A stretch of 64,000 nt of DNA from Spirochaetia bacterium (GTDB lineage: Bacteria; Spirochaetota; Spirochaetia; DSM-2461), in contig CAXXIA010000002.1 of the NCBI GenBank assembly GCA_963666985.2, positions 3,008,001-3,072,000 on the forward strand. The letters run 5' to 3'. Made by a program: the position numbers and the translations under genes. The notes beneath the pieces are model-generated. The model saw only the letters and a list, made by a program, of their open reading frames with translations, did no database searches and had not been told where the DNA came from. Shown piece by piece: positions 1-8,958 of the stretch; positions within the stretch are counted from its first letter, which is position 1, and each line of letters begins with the position of its first letter.

Positions 1-1
1 T

Positions 2-2278
2 CACATTCAGTTCGAGATTATGGGTCCATAAACCGCTGCGGGAGAGGTTCATCGGCATGGAAGTGAGCATGACCGCGGATATCTGATGATACGCCCGATT
101 TGCCGATGAGGCATGGCGATAGAGATATTCCGCGGAAATCCCCAGGATCGGACGGAAGCCGGTAAAGAGAAATTGTCCGTATATACCCGGCGATATTTCA
201 CTGTAATCATAAATGCAGCCGAATTCGGATGAGAGTGTTCCAAGAACATCATCCGAGTAAACCGACAGGCTGAGTGCCGTTGTAAGAGGATTCCCCATAA
301 GAAGCCATGTGTGAGGATTAAAGACATGGGCCGCCGGTTTGTAGCCGGTTTCAGGGTGGTTCTCATTCCCTTCGGATACGGCTTCGGGGCGGTTCTCGGG
401 GTTTCTGAGCGGAGAAAACGTTTCATGAATCCTCCGTGTTTCAGAGCTGAGTAAATCGGAGAGCCATGGACTGTAAATCGGAGGTTTCTCATCCGGAGTT
501 TCGGCGGGGAGCATATCCGGATTCGTTTTGCGGAGTGCGATTCTTTCTCCATAGGAATCGGTAATTTGCGAGGCGATAACCCGGTTTCCCAAAATCAGCG
601 GAGAACGCAGTCCGTAGCCTCCCTCAAGCAGAAGAACCGGATTTTTCGCCGATCCTTCGATTTTTACGCTCCACAGTGATTCTTTGCCGCTGCGGTTGGA
701 AGCAAATACAACAGAGTTTCCGCTTGCGGAGAAAACGGGATTTTTGACCGTTTCATAAGTTCTTTCGGTCAGGGCCGTCCAGTAATGTTCTTCAATGTTC
801 CAGATTCCAATAACGCGGCCGGCATTGTTTCGGTGGGAAAAAACGATTTGAGCGGCATCCTGATTCCAGGAGGGATAGGCGGCGGTTCCGTTTTCCAGCT
901 TCAATCGCCGAATCACGTTTCCGGTTCGGCTGTCGGTAATCACCAGAGCATTTCGGCCGTTTCCTTCCTGTATACAGAGAGCCAGCATGCCGCCGTCCGG
1001 GGAAAGGGAGGGATAGAGAGCCCGGCTGTTTTTTACAGGATGACGGCGCCTATTCGGATGATCGTTTTCATCCAAATCCACGATTGTGATGTCGGAGGTT
1101 GAGTGGGCCAGGTAAACCGGATGGCTCCGAAGCGAATTCCAGGCAACGCTGATGCCTTTTTGCCCGTCGGATCGTTTCGAGACGCTCACCCGTCCGTAGG
1201 ATGGAAGGGGGATTAGTTCGCTTTCACGCGATTCGCCTGATGCATCGGGATTGATTCGGATTAAGCGCGGAAGGCTGTTTATCGATGTTCTGCGGGCGTA
1301 AATGCTTCCGTCGACTTCACCCAGGATTTCATATTGGGTGTAGTATCGGTTTTCATCCGTTAAGAAAAACGACTCCCGCGAATTAACGGTTTGAGAGTTT
1401 TCATTAAGAGCGTCCGCATCATCTGCCCCATAATAAATCTCCGCCCAATTGAGCCAATCGGAAGCCATGTCACGGTAAAGCTCTTGTGGTTTCTTTCCGG
1501 TGGTTTCTTTTGTTCCGAGGTTGATACCCAGAACGGGAATCGGTACCTGATGGGTTTTCTGATAGATTCCGTCCATGGAATCCCTGCCGTATTCCTTGTG
1601 TATCCAGCCGACCATGGCATAACCCAGGTAATACTGATTCGGTACGTTTTTTTTGTATGACGGATTGGCCACGTGATTGAGACTGAGTTCCGGATTGTCG
1701 TTGATAAACGCAAGCATCCTGCTGAGGAATAAAGGATCTCTTCCCCGTCCTTCTTCGGAGAGTAGTGTTTCGTTTGTAACCGCATCGCCTTCCAGCAGCC
1801 AGGTCGGCTGCCCGGCGCCGATGCCGCCGATCCAGCCCAGTTCCCCCAGAAGAATATGGAAAAGGCGGACGGTTGAATGATCGGAGGCATCAAACTGGGC
1901 CATGTGACGCCCCTCATGTACGGCCAGAAGCCACTGCCAGTCGGATACGGCGGTGAAATCTTCCGCGGGGGCCTCAAACCACACGGAACTTCTGGGAAGC
2001 ATGGCGACAAAACCGTTGGAAACAAGTCCCTTATCGGTTAAAACAAGGGGCCATTTATTGTGTTCGCGGGGAGACGGAAGGCTCTCCCTGTTGTTTTGCA
2101 TCAGTTCATCCAGGCAAAGAGCGAGAACCGCGGCATCTTCGGACATGGATTGGGGATAGATCAGGATGAATTCTTCCGTTTCCCTCTGCATCCATTTGGT
2201 TCCGGGAGAATGCTGGGCCGCGAGCGGAAACGGAATGAACAGAGATATGATCAGAATAATCCGAAAAGGCAATTTCAT
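2..2278 (-). CDS. Secreted gluzincin (peptidase MA-like) + TolB/PD40 beta-propeller protein; 3' end lies outside the window
   Basis: Absent from the ORF track, consistent with no stop before the window edge. Manual translation of segments gives signal peptide MKLPFRIILIISLFIPFPLAAQ, HEGRH (1904-1918), WLLEGDA and TolB-like NPVFSASGNSVVFASNRSG. Alternative in-frame ATG at 2287. Confidence 0.75.
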   Translation of the reverse strand, partial: MKLPFRIILIISLFIPFPLAAQHSPGTKWMQRETEEFILIYPQSMSEDAAVLALCLDELMQNNRESLPSPREHNKWPLVLTDKGLVSNGFVAMLPRSSVWFEAPAEDFTAVSDWQWLLAVHEGRHMAQFDASDHSTVRLFHILLGELGWIGGIGAGQPTWLLEGDAVTNETLLSEEGRGRDPLFLSRMLAFINDNPELSLNHVANPSYKKNVPNQYYLGYAMVGWIHKEYGRDSMDGIYQKTHQVPIPVLGINLGTKETTGKKPQELYRDMASDWLNWAEIYYGADDADALNENSQTVNSRESFFLTDENRYYTQYEILGEVDGSIYARRTSINSLPRLIRINPDASGESRESELIPLPSYGRVSVSKRSDGQKGISVAWNSLRSHPVYLAHSTSDITIVDLDENDHPNRRRHPVKNSRALYPSLSPDGGMLALCIQEGNGRNALVITDSRTGNVIRRLKLENGTAAYPSWNQDAAQIVFSHRNNAGRVIGIWNIEEHYWTALTERTYETVKNPVFSASGNSVVFASNRSGKESLWSVKIEGSAKNPVLLLEGGYGLRSPLILGNRVIASQITDSYGERIALRKTNPDMLPAETPDEKPPIYSPWLSDLLSSETRRIHETFSPLRNPENRPEAVSEGNENHPETGYKPAAHVFNPHTWLLMGNPLTTALSLSVYSDDVLGTLSSEFGCIYDYSEISPGIYGQFLFTGFRPILGISAEYLYRHASSANRAYHQISAVMLTSMPMNLSRSGLWTHNLELNV

Positions 2279-2302
2279 AGTATTCATGATAACAATAGAG
2301 GA

Positions 2303-2331
2303 CCCTCACAATCATCGGAAGATTGTGAGGG
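2303..2331. repeat. Perfect 11-bp inverted repeat (ilvD terminator or operator)
   Basis: CCCTCACAATC-N7-GATTGTGAGGG between the ilvD stop and the next gene. Confidence 0.55.
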
Positions 2332-2421
2332 GAAGGCCTTAATAAATGCTGAGAATTATATCCGGTTATCTTACGAGAAGGACTTCTGTGAGGGCGAACA
2401 GCCTGCTTCCGCGGGAATCTT

Positions 2422-4251
2422 TTATTCCGGCAGAACCCGTATGGCTCCCTTGTCGGCGCTTGCCGCCATATACGCATAGGCCTTGAGGGCATCAGAGACT
2501 GTCCGGTCGCGGTTCGGCTTCCACGCGGCGGCCCCTTTGGCCTCTTCTTCCTCACGGCGTTTTGAGAGCTCTTCAGCCTTCAAACGAACATCGAGTTTCC
2601 GGTTGGGAATGTCGATGTCGATAATATCGCCGTCGCGGACCAGGCCGATGCCGCCTTTGGAAGCCGCTTCCGGAGAAGCATGACCGATGGAAAGTCCCGA
2701 AGTGCCGCCGGAGAAGCGGCCGTCGGTTAAGAGGGCGCATGCTTTACCGAGCTTCATGGATTTCAGGTAGCTGGTGGGATAGAGCATCTCCTGCATGCCC
2801 GGACCGCCCTTGGGACCTTCATAGCGGATAATCACGACATCACCGGCACAGATGCGTCCGCCCAGGATGCCTTCGACGGCCGCTTCCTGGGAATCGAAAA
2901 CCTTGGCGGTTCCCGAGAAGGTCAGGATGGATTCGTCGACGCCGGCGGTTTTCACCACGGCGCCGTCTTCGGCCAGATTGCCGAAGAGCACGGCCAGTCC
3001 GCCGTCCTTGGAGTAGGCGGAGTTGACTTTTCTGATGCAGCCCTTCTCTCGGTCCAAATCCAAATCTTTGAAACGATTCTCCTGACTGGCCAGGACGAGG
3101 TTCCGGCCGCCTCCCGGCGCCGCTTTGAAGAATTCCCTGGTCCGCTCGCTTGGCGAGGATCCGTTGATATCCCATTCCTTCAGAGCCTCGGAGAGACTCG
3201 CCGCATCGATGCGGGATACGGAGGTGTCGATGAGATTCGCCCGGGAAAGTTCTCCGAGAATCCCAAGGATGCCTCCGGCGCGGTGAACGTCTTGAACATG
3301 ATACGACGAGCTTGGAGCCACTTTACTGATGCAGGGAATTTTCCGGCTGAGTCTGTCGATGTCCTTGAGCGTGAAATCAACCCGGGCCGATTGAGCCACG
3401 GCCAGGATGTGAAGGATGGTATTTGTGGAGCCTCCCATGGCGATATCCAGGGCCATGGCGTTCTCAAACGCGGCTTTGCCGGCGATGGAGCGCGGCAGGA
3501 CCGAATCATCGTCTTTTTGGTAATAGCGATCGGTCAGCTCGACGATCAAGTCGGCCGCTCGGTCGAACAGTCCGGCTCTTTCGGCATGGGTTGCCAGGAC
3601 CGTTCCGTTTCCCGGAAGGCCGAGTCCCAGGGCTTCCACCAGACAGTTCATGGAATTGGCCGTAAACATCCCGCTGCAGGAACCGCATGTGGGGCAGGCC
3701 GCGTGTTCGACGCGTTCCAGGTAATCATCCGGTACGGAATTGTCGCCTGCCATGATCATGGCGTCGATCAGGTCCAGATATTTGTCGTCCACTTTTCCGG
3801 CTTCCATGGGCCCGCCGGAGACGAAAACGGCGGGGATGTTCAGCCTCATGGCGGCCATCAGCATTCCCGGCGTGATTTTATCGCAGTTGGAGATGCAGAC
3901 CAGGGCGTCGGCGCAGTGGGCGTTCACCATGTATTCGACGCTGTCGGCGATGATTTCCCTGGAAGGCAGGGAGTAGAGCATGCCGTCGTGTCCCATGGCG
4001 ATGCCGTCGTCGATGGCGATGGTGTTGAATTCGGCCGCGAAACAGCCGTGCTCTTCAATGCGTTTTTTGATCTTTTGACCGATATCATGAAGGTGAACAT
4101 GACCCGGTACGAACTGCGTGAAGGAGTTGGCGATGGCGATAACCGGTTTGGTCATTTGGGCTTCGGTCATGCCGTTGGCCCTCCAGAGGGACCGGGCTCC
4201 TGCCATGAGTCTGCCCTGACGGTTGGTATTGCTGCGTAAGTTTTTTGCCAT
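2422..4251 (-). CDS. ilvD: Dihydroxy-acid dehydratase
   Basis: 609 aa; [47 protein letters not shown]. Confidence 0.97.
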   Translation of the reverse strand: MAKNLRSNTNRQGRLMAGARSLWRANGMTEAQMTKPVIAIANSFTQFVPGHVHLHDIGQKIKKRIEEHGCFAAEFNTIAIDDGIAMGHDGMLYSLPSREIIADSVEYMVNAHCADALVCISNCDKITPGMLMAAMRLNIPAVFVSGGPMEAGKVDDKYLDLIDAMIMAGDNSVPDDYLERVEHAACPTCGSCSGMFTANSMNCLVEALGLGLPGNGTVLATHAERAGLFDRAADLIVELTDRYYQKDDDSVLPRSIAGKAAFENAMALDIAMGGSTNTILHILAVAQSARVDFTLKDIDRLSRKIPCISKVAPSSSYHVQDVHRAGGILGILGELSRANLIDTSVSRIDAASLSEALKEWDINGSSPSERTREFFKAAPGGGRNLVLASQENRFKDLDLDREKGCIRKVNSAYSKDGGLAVLFGNLAEDGAVVKTAGVDESILTFSGTAKVFDSQEAAVEGILGGRICAGDVVIIRYEGPKGGPGMQEMLYPTSYLKSMKLGKACALLTDGRFSGGTSGLSIGHASPEAASKGGIGLVRDGDIIDIDIPNRKLDVRLKAEELSKRREEEEAKGAAAWKPNRDRTVSDALKAYAYMAASADKGAIRVLPE

Positions 4252-4484
4252 ATTCCCTATACTCCCGGCGGCCCTTAAGTTGATCGGTTTAAAACAGATA
4301 GTACCTCAGGGGCGCTTCAATTGATGCCGGCAGTATATCCGGGACAGGCGGCTCTTTCCAAGAGAAACGGGATGAATGCCAAAATTTGATTTGGCATTCC
4401 GGCGGCAGGCATTTCCCCGAAGACGGAATGAAAACGAAAGCTTCAGCAAAATTCCGGGGAAATGACGATGATATCGGAATCGTT

Positions 4485-5174
4485 TTACATTTTGATTTCA
4501 GTCGTAGAGCAATACAGGTTGACCGCCGAGGGGATGGAATCAACGATGGAAACCGTAGAGATTCCCGTGTCGGAGTCGAAGACATATTTTACGATATTCC
4601 ATCCCTCTTCGGCATTGAAATTCGTATAGGTCCAGGAATCGTTCGTACCGGAAATTGAAGCGGCTTCCGTTGCGTAGAAAAACTCATATTCCGCTTTTAT
4701 CGGCTCTACGTATGCCGCCGCGGATTCCGTTTCGGCATATGCGGCTTCGTCGACTAAATAGATGGAATAATCATAAGAGGAATTGGTGAAGCAGTAACAC
4801 CAGCAGTATTGCGCCGAACCGTTGGTTATGGTTAGCCCTTCTCCCGAAAAGTCCGTTGAAATTGTTCCGAGATCTTCGGAACCGGGGGTTGATATGGTAA
4901 GAGAGAGGGTGCTGTTTCCGTCCATGTCGCTGAACAGCCCGTTATTGTCGGATAGTATGTCCTCGTTTGTATTTTCCCAAAGGGTTGTCGTGAGACCTCC
5001 GGCTTCGTCAAGGACATAAATCGGAGCGCCCGTAATGGTTAAGGAATCGGAATCTCCGGAAATGTAATCATAGCCGTAGCTTCCATTTCCACCCGAGGGG
5101 TTGCTGCAGGCCGCCGCGGTTAAAATCAGGAATACCGTAAAACAAATTCCTGCTCCGTGAAGAAAATATTTCAT
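4485..5174 (-). CDS. Hypothetical lipoprotein, acidic and Ser/Thr-rich
   Basis: Start moved to ATG 5174 (GGAGG upstream); MKYFLHGAGICFTVFLILTAAAC lipobox. Confidence 0.7.
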   Translation of the reverse strand: MKYFLHGAGICFTVFLILTAAACSNPSGGNGSYGYDYISGDSDSLTITGAPIYVLDEAGGLTTTLWENTNEDILSDNNGLFSDMDGNSTLSLTISTPGSEDLGTISTDFSGEGLTITNGSAQYCWCYCFTNSSYDYSIYLVDEAAYAETESAAAYVEPIKAEYEFFYATEAASISGTNDSWTYTNFNAEEGWNIVKYVFDSDTGISTVSIVDSIPSAVNLYCSTTEIKM

Positions 5175-5276
5175 GTTGGTCCTCCGGGAACTTAAGTGGG
5201 TTTTAATAAACTGATTGAACTTTAGTTTACTGCTGTACGTATTTTCAATTTTTTCGAGTGAAAATATGGAAGGATA

Positions 5277-5305
5277 TTGACGGGGGAATCTCGGGGAATT
5301 AGGAT
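5277..5305 (+). promoter_or_regulatory. Sigma70-type promoter for the ROK regulator
   Basis: TTGACG-N17-TAGGAT, 9 nt before the GTG at 5315. Confidence 0.6.
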
Positions 5306-5314
5306 TGGTGCATT

Positions 5315-6430
5315 GTGCAACCAACATGTTCCATCGAGATTTCACCTCCGGATAACCGGGCCAGGATTATCGAAGCTCTCTGGGAAGAGTCCGGCCGCAG
5401 CCGGCTTGAACTGGCCGCACGGCTGGGCGTTGATAAATCAACAATGAGCCGGGGTGCGGCGCAGCTTTTGGAGTGCGGACTCCTTCGGGAAAATCACATA
5501 AAAGAATCGGGTCCGAAGGGGGGGCGGCGTGCGATCGGTTTGGAGGTAAACCCCGATTGGGGCGCCGGGCTGGGACTGGAGATTCAGCCGAACGGCTGCT
5601 GCGGCCTTTTGGCGGATCTTTCCGGGAATTGCCGTTCGACGTTTCGGATCGATACGGCCGTTTCAAGGGAAAATCTGGTTTCGGTTCTTGAAAAGGCCGC
5701 GGCCAAGGGCCGGGAGAGCGCCCGAAAGATCGGACTGCCGCTGGTGTCCGCCGGTCTGGGGTTGCCCGGCGTGATTCATCCGGTAACGGGAGTTGTGCAA
5801 TGTTCCCGGCCCTTGGGAATTGAAGAGCCTCTGGATTTGTCCGGATCGGCTTCCGAGATTTTCGGCATGGATGTGGACATCGATAACGATGTGAAATGCG
5901 GCTGCCGTTCGGAATTGGCGTTTTCCCGGCAGGCTTCGGGGGTCAGCTTTCTTTATCTCTTGGCGGAAGAGCGGAAGAAAGGATTGGCTTTGGGACTGGG
6001 AACGGTGATTCGGGGGGTGCTTTTTCGCGGAGATAACGGAGCCAGCGGTGAGCTGTTAAGCGTTTACAGCAAGGATTTTCGGGATCAGCTGGGGATTCCG
6101 AGTAAGGAGCTCTCCGAGGCCGCTCAAAATCCTCGAACCATGATCGCGGTTTCCCGGGAATTGGCTCCGCAGCTCGCTTTTTTGGCCAATGCTTTCGATA
6201 TCGATACGTTGATTCTCGGAGGTTTGTTTCACGATCGCTTTGAGGAATTATCCGAAATATTCCTGAGCGCCTTGAGGGAACGAAGAACCTATCCGCATTT
6301 GGTTTCACCCAGAGTTCTTCCGTCCAAACACAGTGTTTTTCCGGTGGCATATGGAGCCGCCGTGCATTTTACGGAAAATTTTTCGACGCGGTTTCAAAAG
6401 TTGGGGTTTTTTGAAATGAAGCCCTTATAA
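5315..6430 (+). CDS. ROK family transcriptional regulator
   Basis: N-terminal HTH (SRLELAARLGVDKSTMS), GGRR, GLPGVI, IDNDV. Confidence 0.88.
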   Translation: MQPTCSIEISPPDNRARIIEALWEESGRSRLELAARLGVDKSTMSRGAAQLLECGLLRENHIKESGPKGGRRAIGLEVNPDWGAGLGLEIQPNGCCGLLADLSGNCRSTFRIDTAVSRENLVSVLEKAAAKGRESARKIGLPLVSAGLGLPGVIHPVTGVVQCSRPLGIEEPLDLSGSASEIFGMDVDIDNDVKCGCRSELAFSRQASGVSFLYLLAEERKKGLALGLGTVIRGVLFRGDNGASGELLSVYSKDFRDQLGIPSKELSEAAQNPRTMIAVSRELAPQLAFLANAFDIDTLILGGLFHDRFEELSEIFLSALRERRTYPHLVSPRVLPSKHSVFPVAYGAAVHFTENFSTRFQKLGFFEMKPL

Positions 6431-6465
6431 GCGATTAAGGGGTTTCGGTTATCGGTTTTGAGGTT

Positions 6466-6484
6466 ATTTCATGTTTGATGAAAT
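6466..6484. promoter_or_regulatory. Candidate ROK operator palindrome
   Basis: ATTTCAT-GTTTG-ATGAAAT, 35 nt upstream of the GH94 start. Confidence 0.5.
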
Positions 6485-6519
6485 GGCCTTTTGGCGAATC
6501 AGTCTTTCTGGAGGACGAT

Positions 6520-8958
6520 ATGACTTACGGACATTTCGACGATGAGAAGCGGGAATATGTGATAACGGAGCCGAAAACGCCCTGGCCCTGGATTAACTAC
6601 TTGGGCGACGACGGCTTTTTCTCGCTGATTTCCAATACCGGCGGGGGCTACAGTTTTTACAAGGATGCTTTGTACCGGCGCATTACGCGCTACCGCTATA
6701 ACAATGTTCCTTTGGATGAAGGTTCGCGGGGATTTTGGATTCGGGAGGCCGACGGAACGCTTTGGTCGCCGGGATGGAAGCCGGCCAAAACGGACCTTGA
6801 TTCCTATGAGTGCCGACACGGTTTGGGGTATACCCGCCTGACGGGGAAAAAGGACGGCCTGGAGGCTTCCGTGCTGTTCACCGTGCCCCGGGGGATAAGC
6901 GCGGAAGTTCAGAAGGTGACTCTGAAGAACAACGGGGATAATGCACGTGTTTTTTCCTTTTATTCCTACGTGGAATACGCCCTCTGGAACGGTCAGTCCG
7001 ACGGGGAGAATTTTCAGCGGAATTTGAATGTCGGCGAGGTGGAGATTGACGGGGCCACCATTATTCATAAAACCGAATACCGCGAACGCCGAAATCATTT
7101 GTCGTTCTATCACAGCTCCCGAACGCCCGACGGTTTCGATTCCGACCGGGAAAGTTTCATTGGTCTGTACGAACCTTTTTCCGCGCCAGAGCAGCCGATT
7201 GCCGGAACCTCGAAGAATTCGGTGGCCGACGGCTGGAGTCCCGTGGCCGCCTTCCGGCACGATATCGAACTGCCTCCCGGCGGCACCGAACAGATGGTGT
7301 TCGTTCTGGGTTACGTGGAGAACGATCCGCAGGACAAGTGGGAAAAACCGGGTGTAGTGAAGAAGGACGCGATCCGTTCTCTTATCGGCCGGGTGGGAAC
7401 CCCTGAGAAAGCGGATGCGGCTTTGGAGGCGTTGAAATCTCATTGGGAAGATCTTCTTTCGCGCTATCGGATTTCTCATCCGGAAAAGAAGCTGGAACGC
7501 ATGGTGAACGTGTGGAACCAGTATCAGTGCATGGTAACCTACAACCTGGCGCGGTCGGCCAGTTACTTTGAATCGGGAATCGGACGGGGACTGGGTTTCC
7601 GGGATACCTCCCAGGATCTTCTGGGATTCGTACATCAGATTCCGGCCAAGGCCAAGGAGCGCATTCTCGACGTGGCGGCCACCCAGTTTCCCGACGGCGG
7701 CTGCTACCATCAGTACCAGCCGCTGACCAAGAAGGGCAACGCGGGCATCGGCGGGAATTTCCGGGACGATCCGATTTGGCTTATCGCCGCGGTTTCCGCG
7801 TATATCCGGGAGACCGGCGAATGGGAGTTTCTGGACGAGAAGGTGCCGTTCGACGGCGGCGTGGAGCCCGAGGCCACTATTTTTACCCACCTGGAACGGT
7901 CGTTCAATCAGGTTCTGGAGAACCGCGGTCCGCACGGACTGCCGCTGATCGGTCGGGCCGACTGGAACGACTGTTTGAATCTGAATACCTTTTCTTCGGA
8001 TCCCAACGATTCCTTTCAGATTGCCGGAGACGGAGAGGGCCGGGTTGCCGAATCAGTTTTTATCGCCGGGATGTTCGTTCTCTACGGACGGCAGTACGCC
8101 GAAATGTGCCGACGGTCCGGGCGTACCGATACGGCCGAGGCGGCCCTGCGTGAAGTTGCCGCCATGGAACGGGTTGTGATGGAACACGGCTGGGACGGCG
8201 AGTGGTACCTGCGGGCCTATGATGCGTATGGCAATAAGGTGGGATCGGCCGAATGCGCCGAGGGCAAAATTCTTATCGAGCCTCAAGGGTTCTGTTCCAT
8301 GGCGGAAATCGGGGCGGCCGAGGGTTTGCCTGTGAAGGCTCTGGATTCGGCGGAGAAACATTTGGGAAGCGACCACGGTTTGGTGATTATTTGGCCGGCC
8401 TACACCGAGTACCATTTGGAGCTGGGCGAGATTTCCAGCTATCCGCCGGGGTATAAGGAAAACGGCGGGATTTTCTGCCACAACAATCCGTGGGTGATGA
8501 TCGGTGAGAGCGTGGCCGGGCGGGCCGAGAAAGCCTGGGAGTATTACACGCGCATCGCGCCCGCGTGGCGGGAAGAGATGAGCGAGGTGCACCGCACCGA
8601 GCCTTACGTGTATGCCCAGATGATCGCCGGGAAAGAGGCCGGACGCCACGGCGAGGCCAAGAATTCCTGGCTGACCGGCACCGCGGCCTGGAACTTCGTG
8701 GCGGTCAGTCAGCACATTTTGGGCGTTCGGCCGCATTGGGACGGTTTGGAGATTGATCCCTGCGTGCCCGCCGAGTGGGACGGTTTTACGGTGGAGAGGT
8801 TTTTCCGCGGCGAGAGGTACCGGATTGTGTTTACGAACGAAAGCCGGAGCGGCGGCCGGGGCATTAAGTCCATGAGCGTGGACGGTAAGGCTGTGGACGG
8901 AAACGTGATTCGGCCGGTGGGCGACGGAGCTGAGCATCTGGTGGAAGTGGTTCTGTGA
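6520..8958 (+). CDS. cbpA: GH94 glycoside phosphorylase, cellobiose phosphorylase-like
   Basis: Start ATG 6520 after GGAGG; TPWPWINYLG, ASYFESGIGRGLGFRD, GRADWNDCL, KENGGIFCH, SWLTGTA. Confidence 0.88.
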   Translation: MTYGHFDDEKREYVITEPKTPWPWINYLGDDGFFSLISNTGGGYSFYKDALYRRITRYRYNNVPLDEGSRGFWIREADGTLWSPGWKPAKTDLDSYECRHGLGYTRLTGKKDGLEASVLFTVPRGISAEVQKVTLKNNGDNARVFSFYSYVEYALWNGQSDGENFQRNLNVGEVEIDGATIIHKTEYRERRNHLSFYHSSRTPDGFDSDRESFIGLYEPFSAPEQPIAGTSKNSVADGWSPVAAFRHDIELPPGGTEQMVFVLGYVENDPQDKWEKPGVVKKDAIRSLIGRVGTPEKADAALEALKSHWEDLLSRYRISHPEKKLERMVNVWNQYQCMVTYNLARSASYFESGIGRGLGFRDTSQDLLGFVHQIPAKAKERILDVAATQFPDGGCYHQYQPLTKKGNAGIGGNFRDDPIWLIAAVSAYIRETGEWEFLDEKVPFDGGVEPEATIFTHLERSFNQVLENRGPHGLPLIGRADWNDCLNLNTFSSDPNDSFQIAGDGEGRVAESVFIAGMFVLYGRQYAEMCRRSGRTDTAEAALREVAAMERVVMEHGWDGEWYLRAYDAYGNKVGSAECAEGKILIEPQGFCSMAEIGAAEGLPVKALDSAEKHLGSDHGLVIIWPAYTEYHLELGEISSYPPGYKENGGIFCHNNPWVMIGESVAGRAEKAWEYYTRIAPAWREEMSEVHRTEPYVYAQMIAGKEAGRHGEAKNSWLTGTAAWNFVAVSQHILGVRPHWDGLEIDPCVPAEWDGFTVERFFRGERYRIVFTNESRSGGRGIKSMSVDGKAVDGNVIRPVGDGAEHLVEVVL

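Noticed and set aside
49..2555. Short ORFs listed in the first 2.5 kb
   Set aside because: Off-frame or antisense to the real minus-strand gene starting at 2278/2287, or overlapping ilvD
4252..4484. Possible branched-chain amino acid attenuator upstream of ilvD
   Set aside because: No Ile/Leu/Val-rich uORF or U-tailed hairpin seen on the minus strand
6499..7935. Long antisense ORFs (478 aa here; also 3283-4239, 32002-33024, 50145-51185, 51189-52445)
   Set aside because: They lie opposite well-supported genes and have no motifs; typical shadow ORFs of GC-rich codon usage
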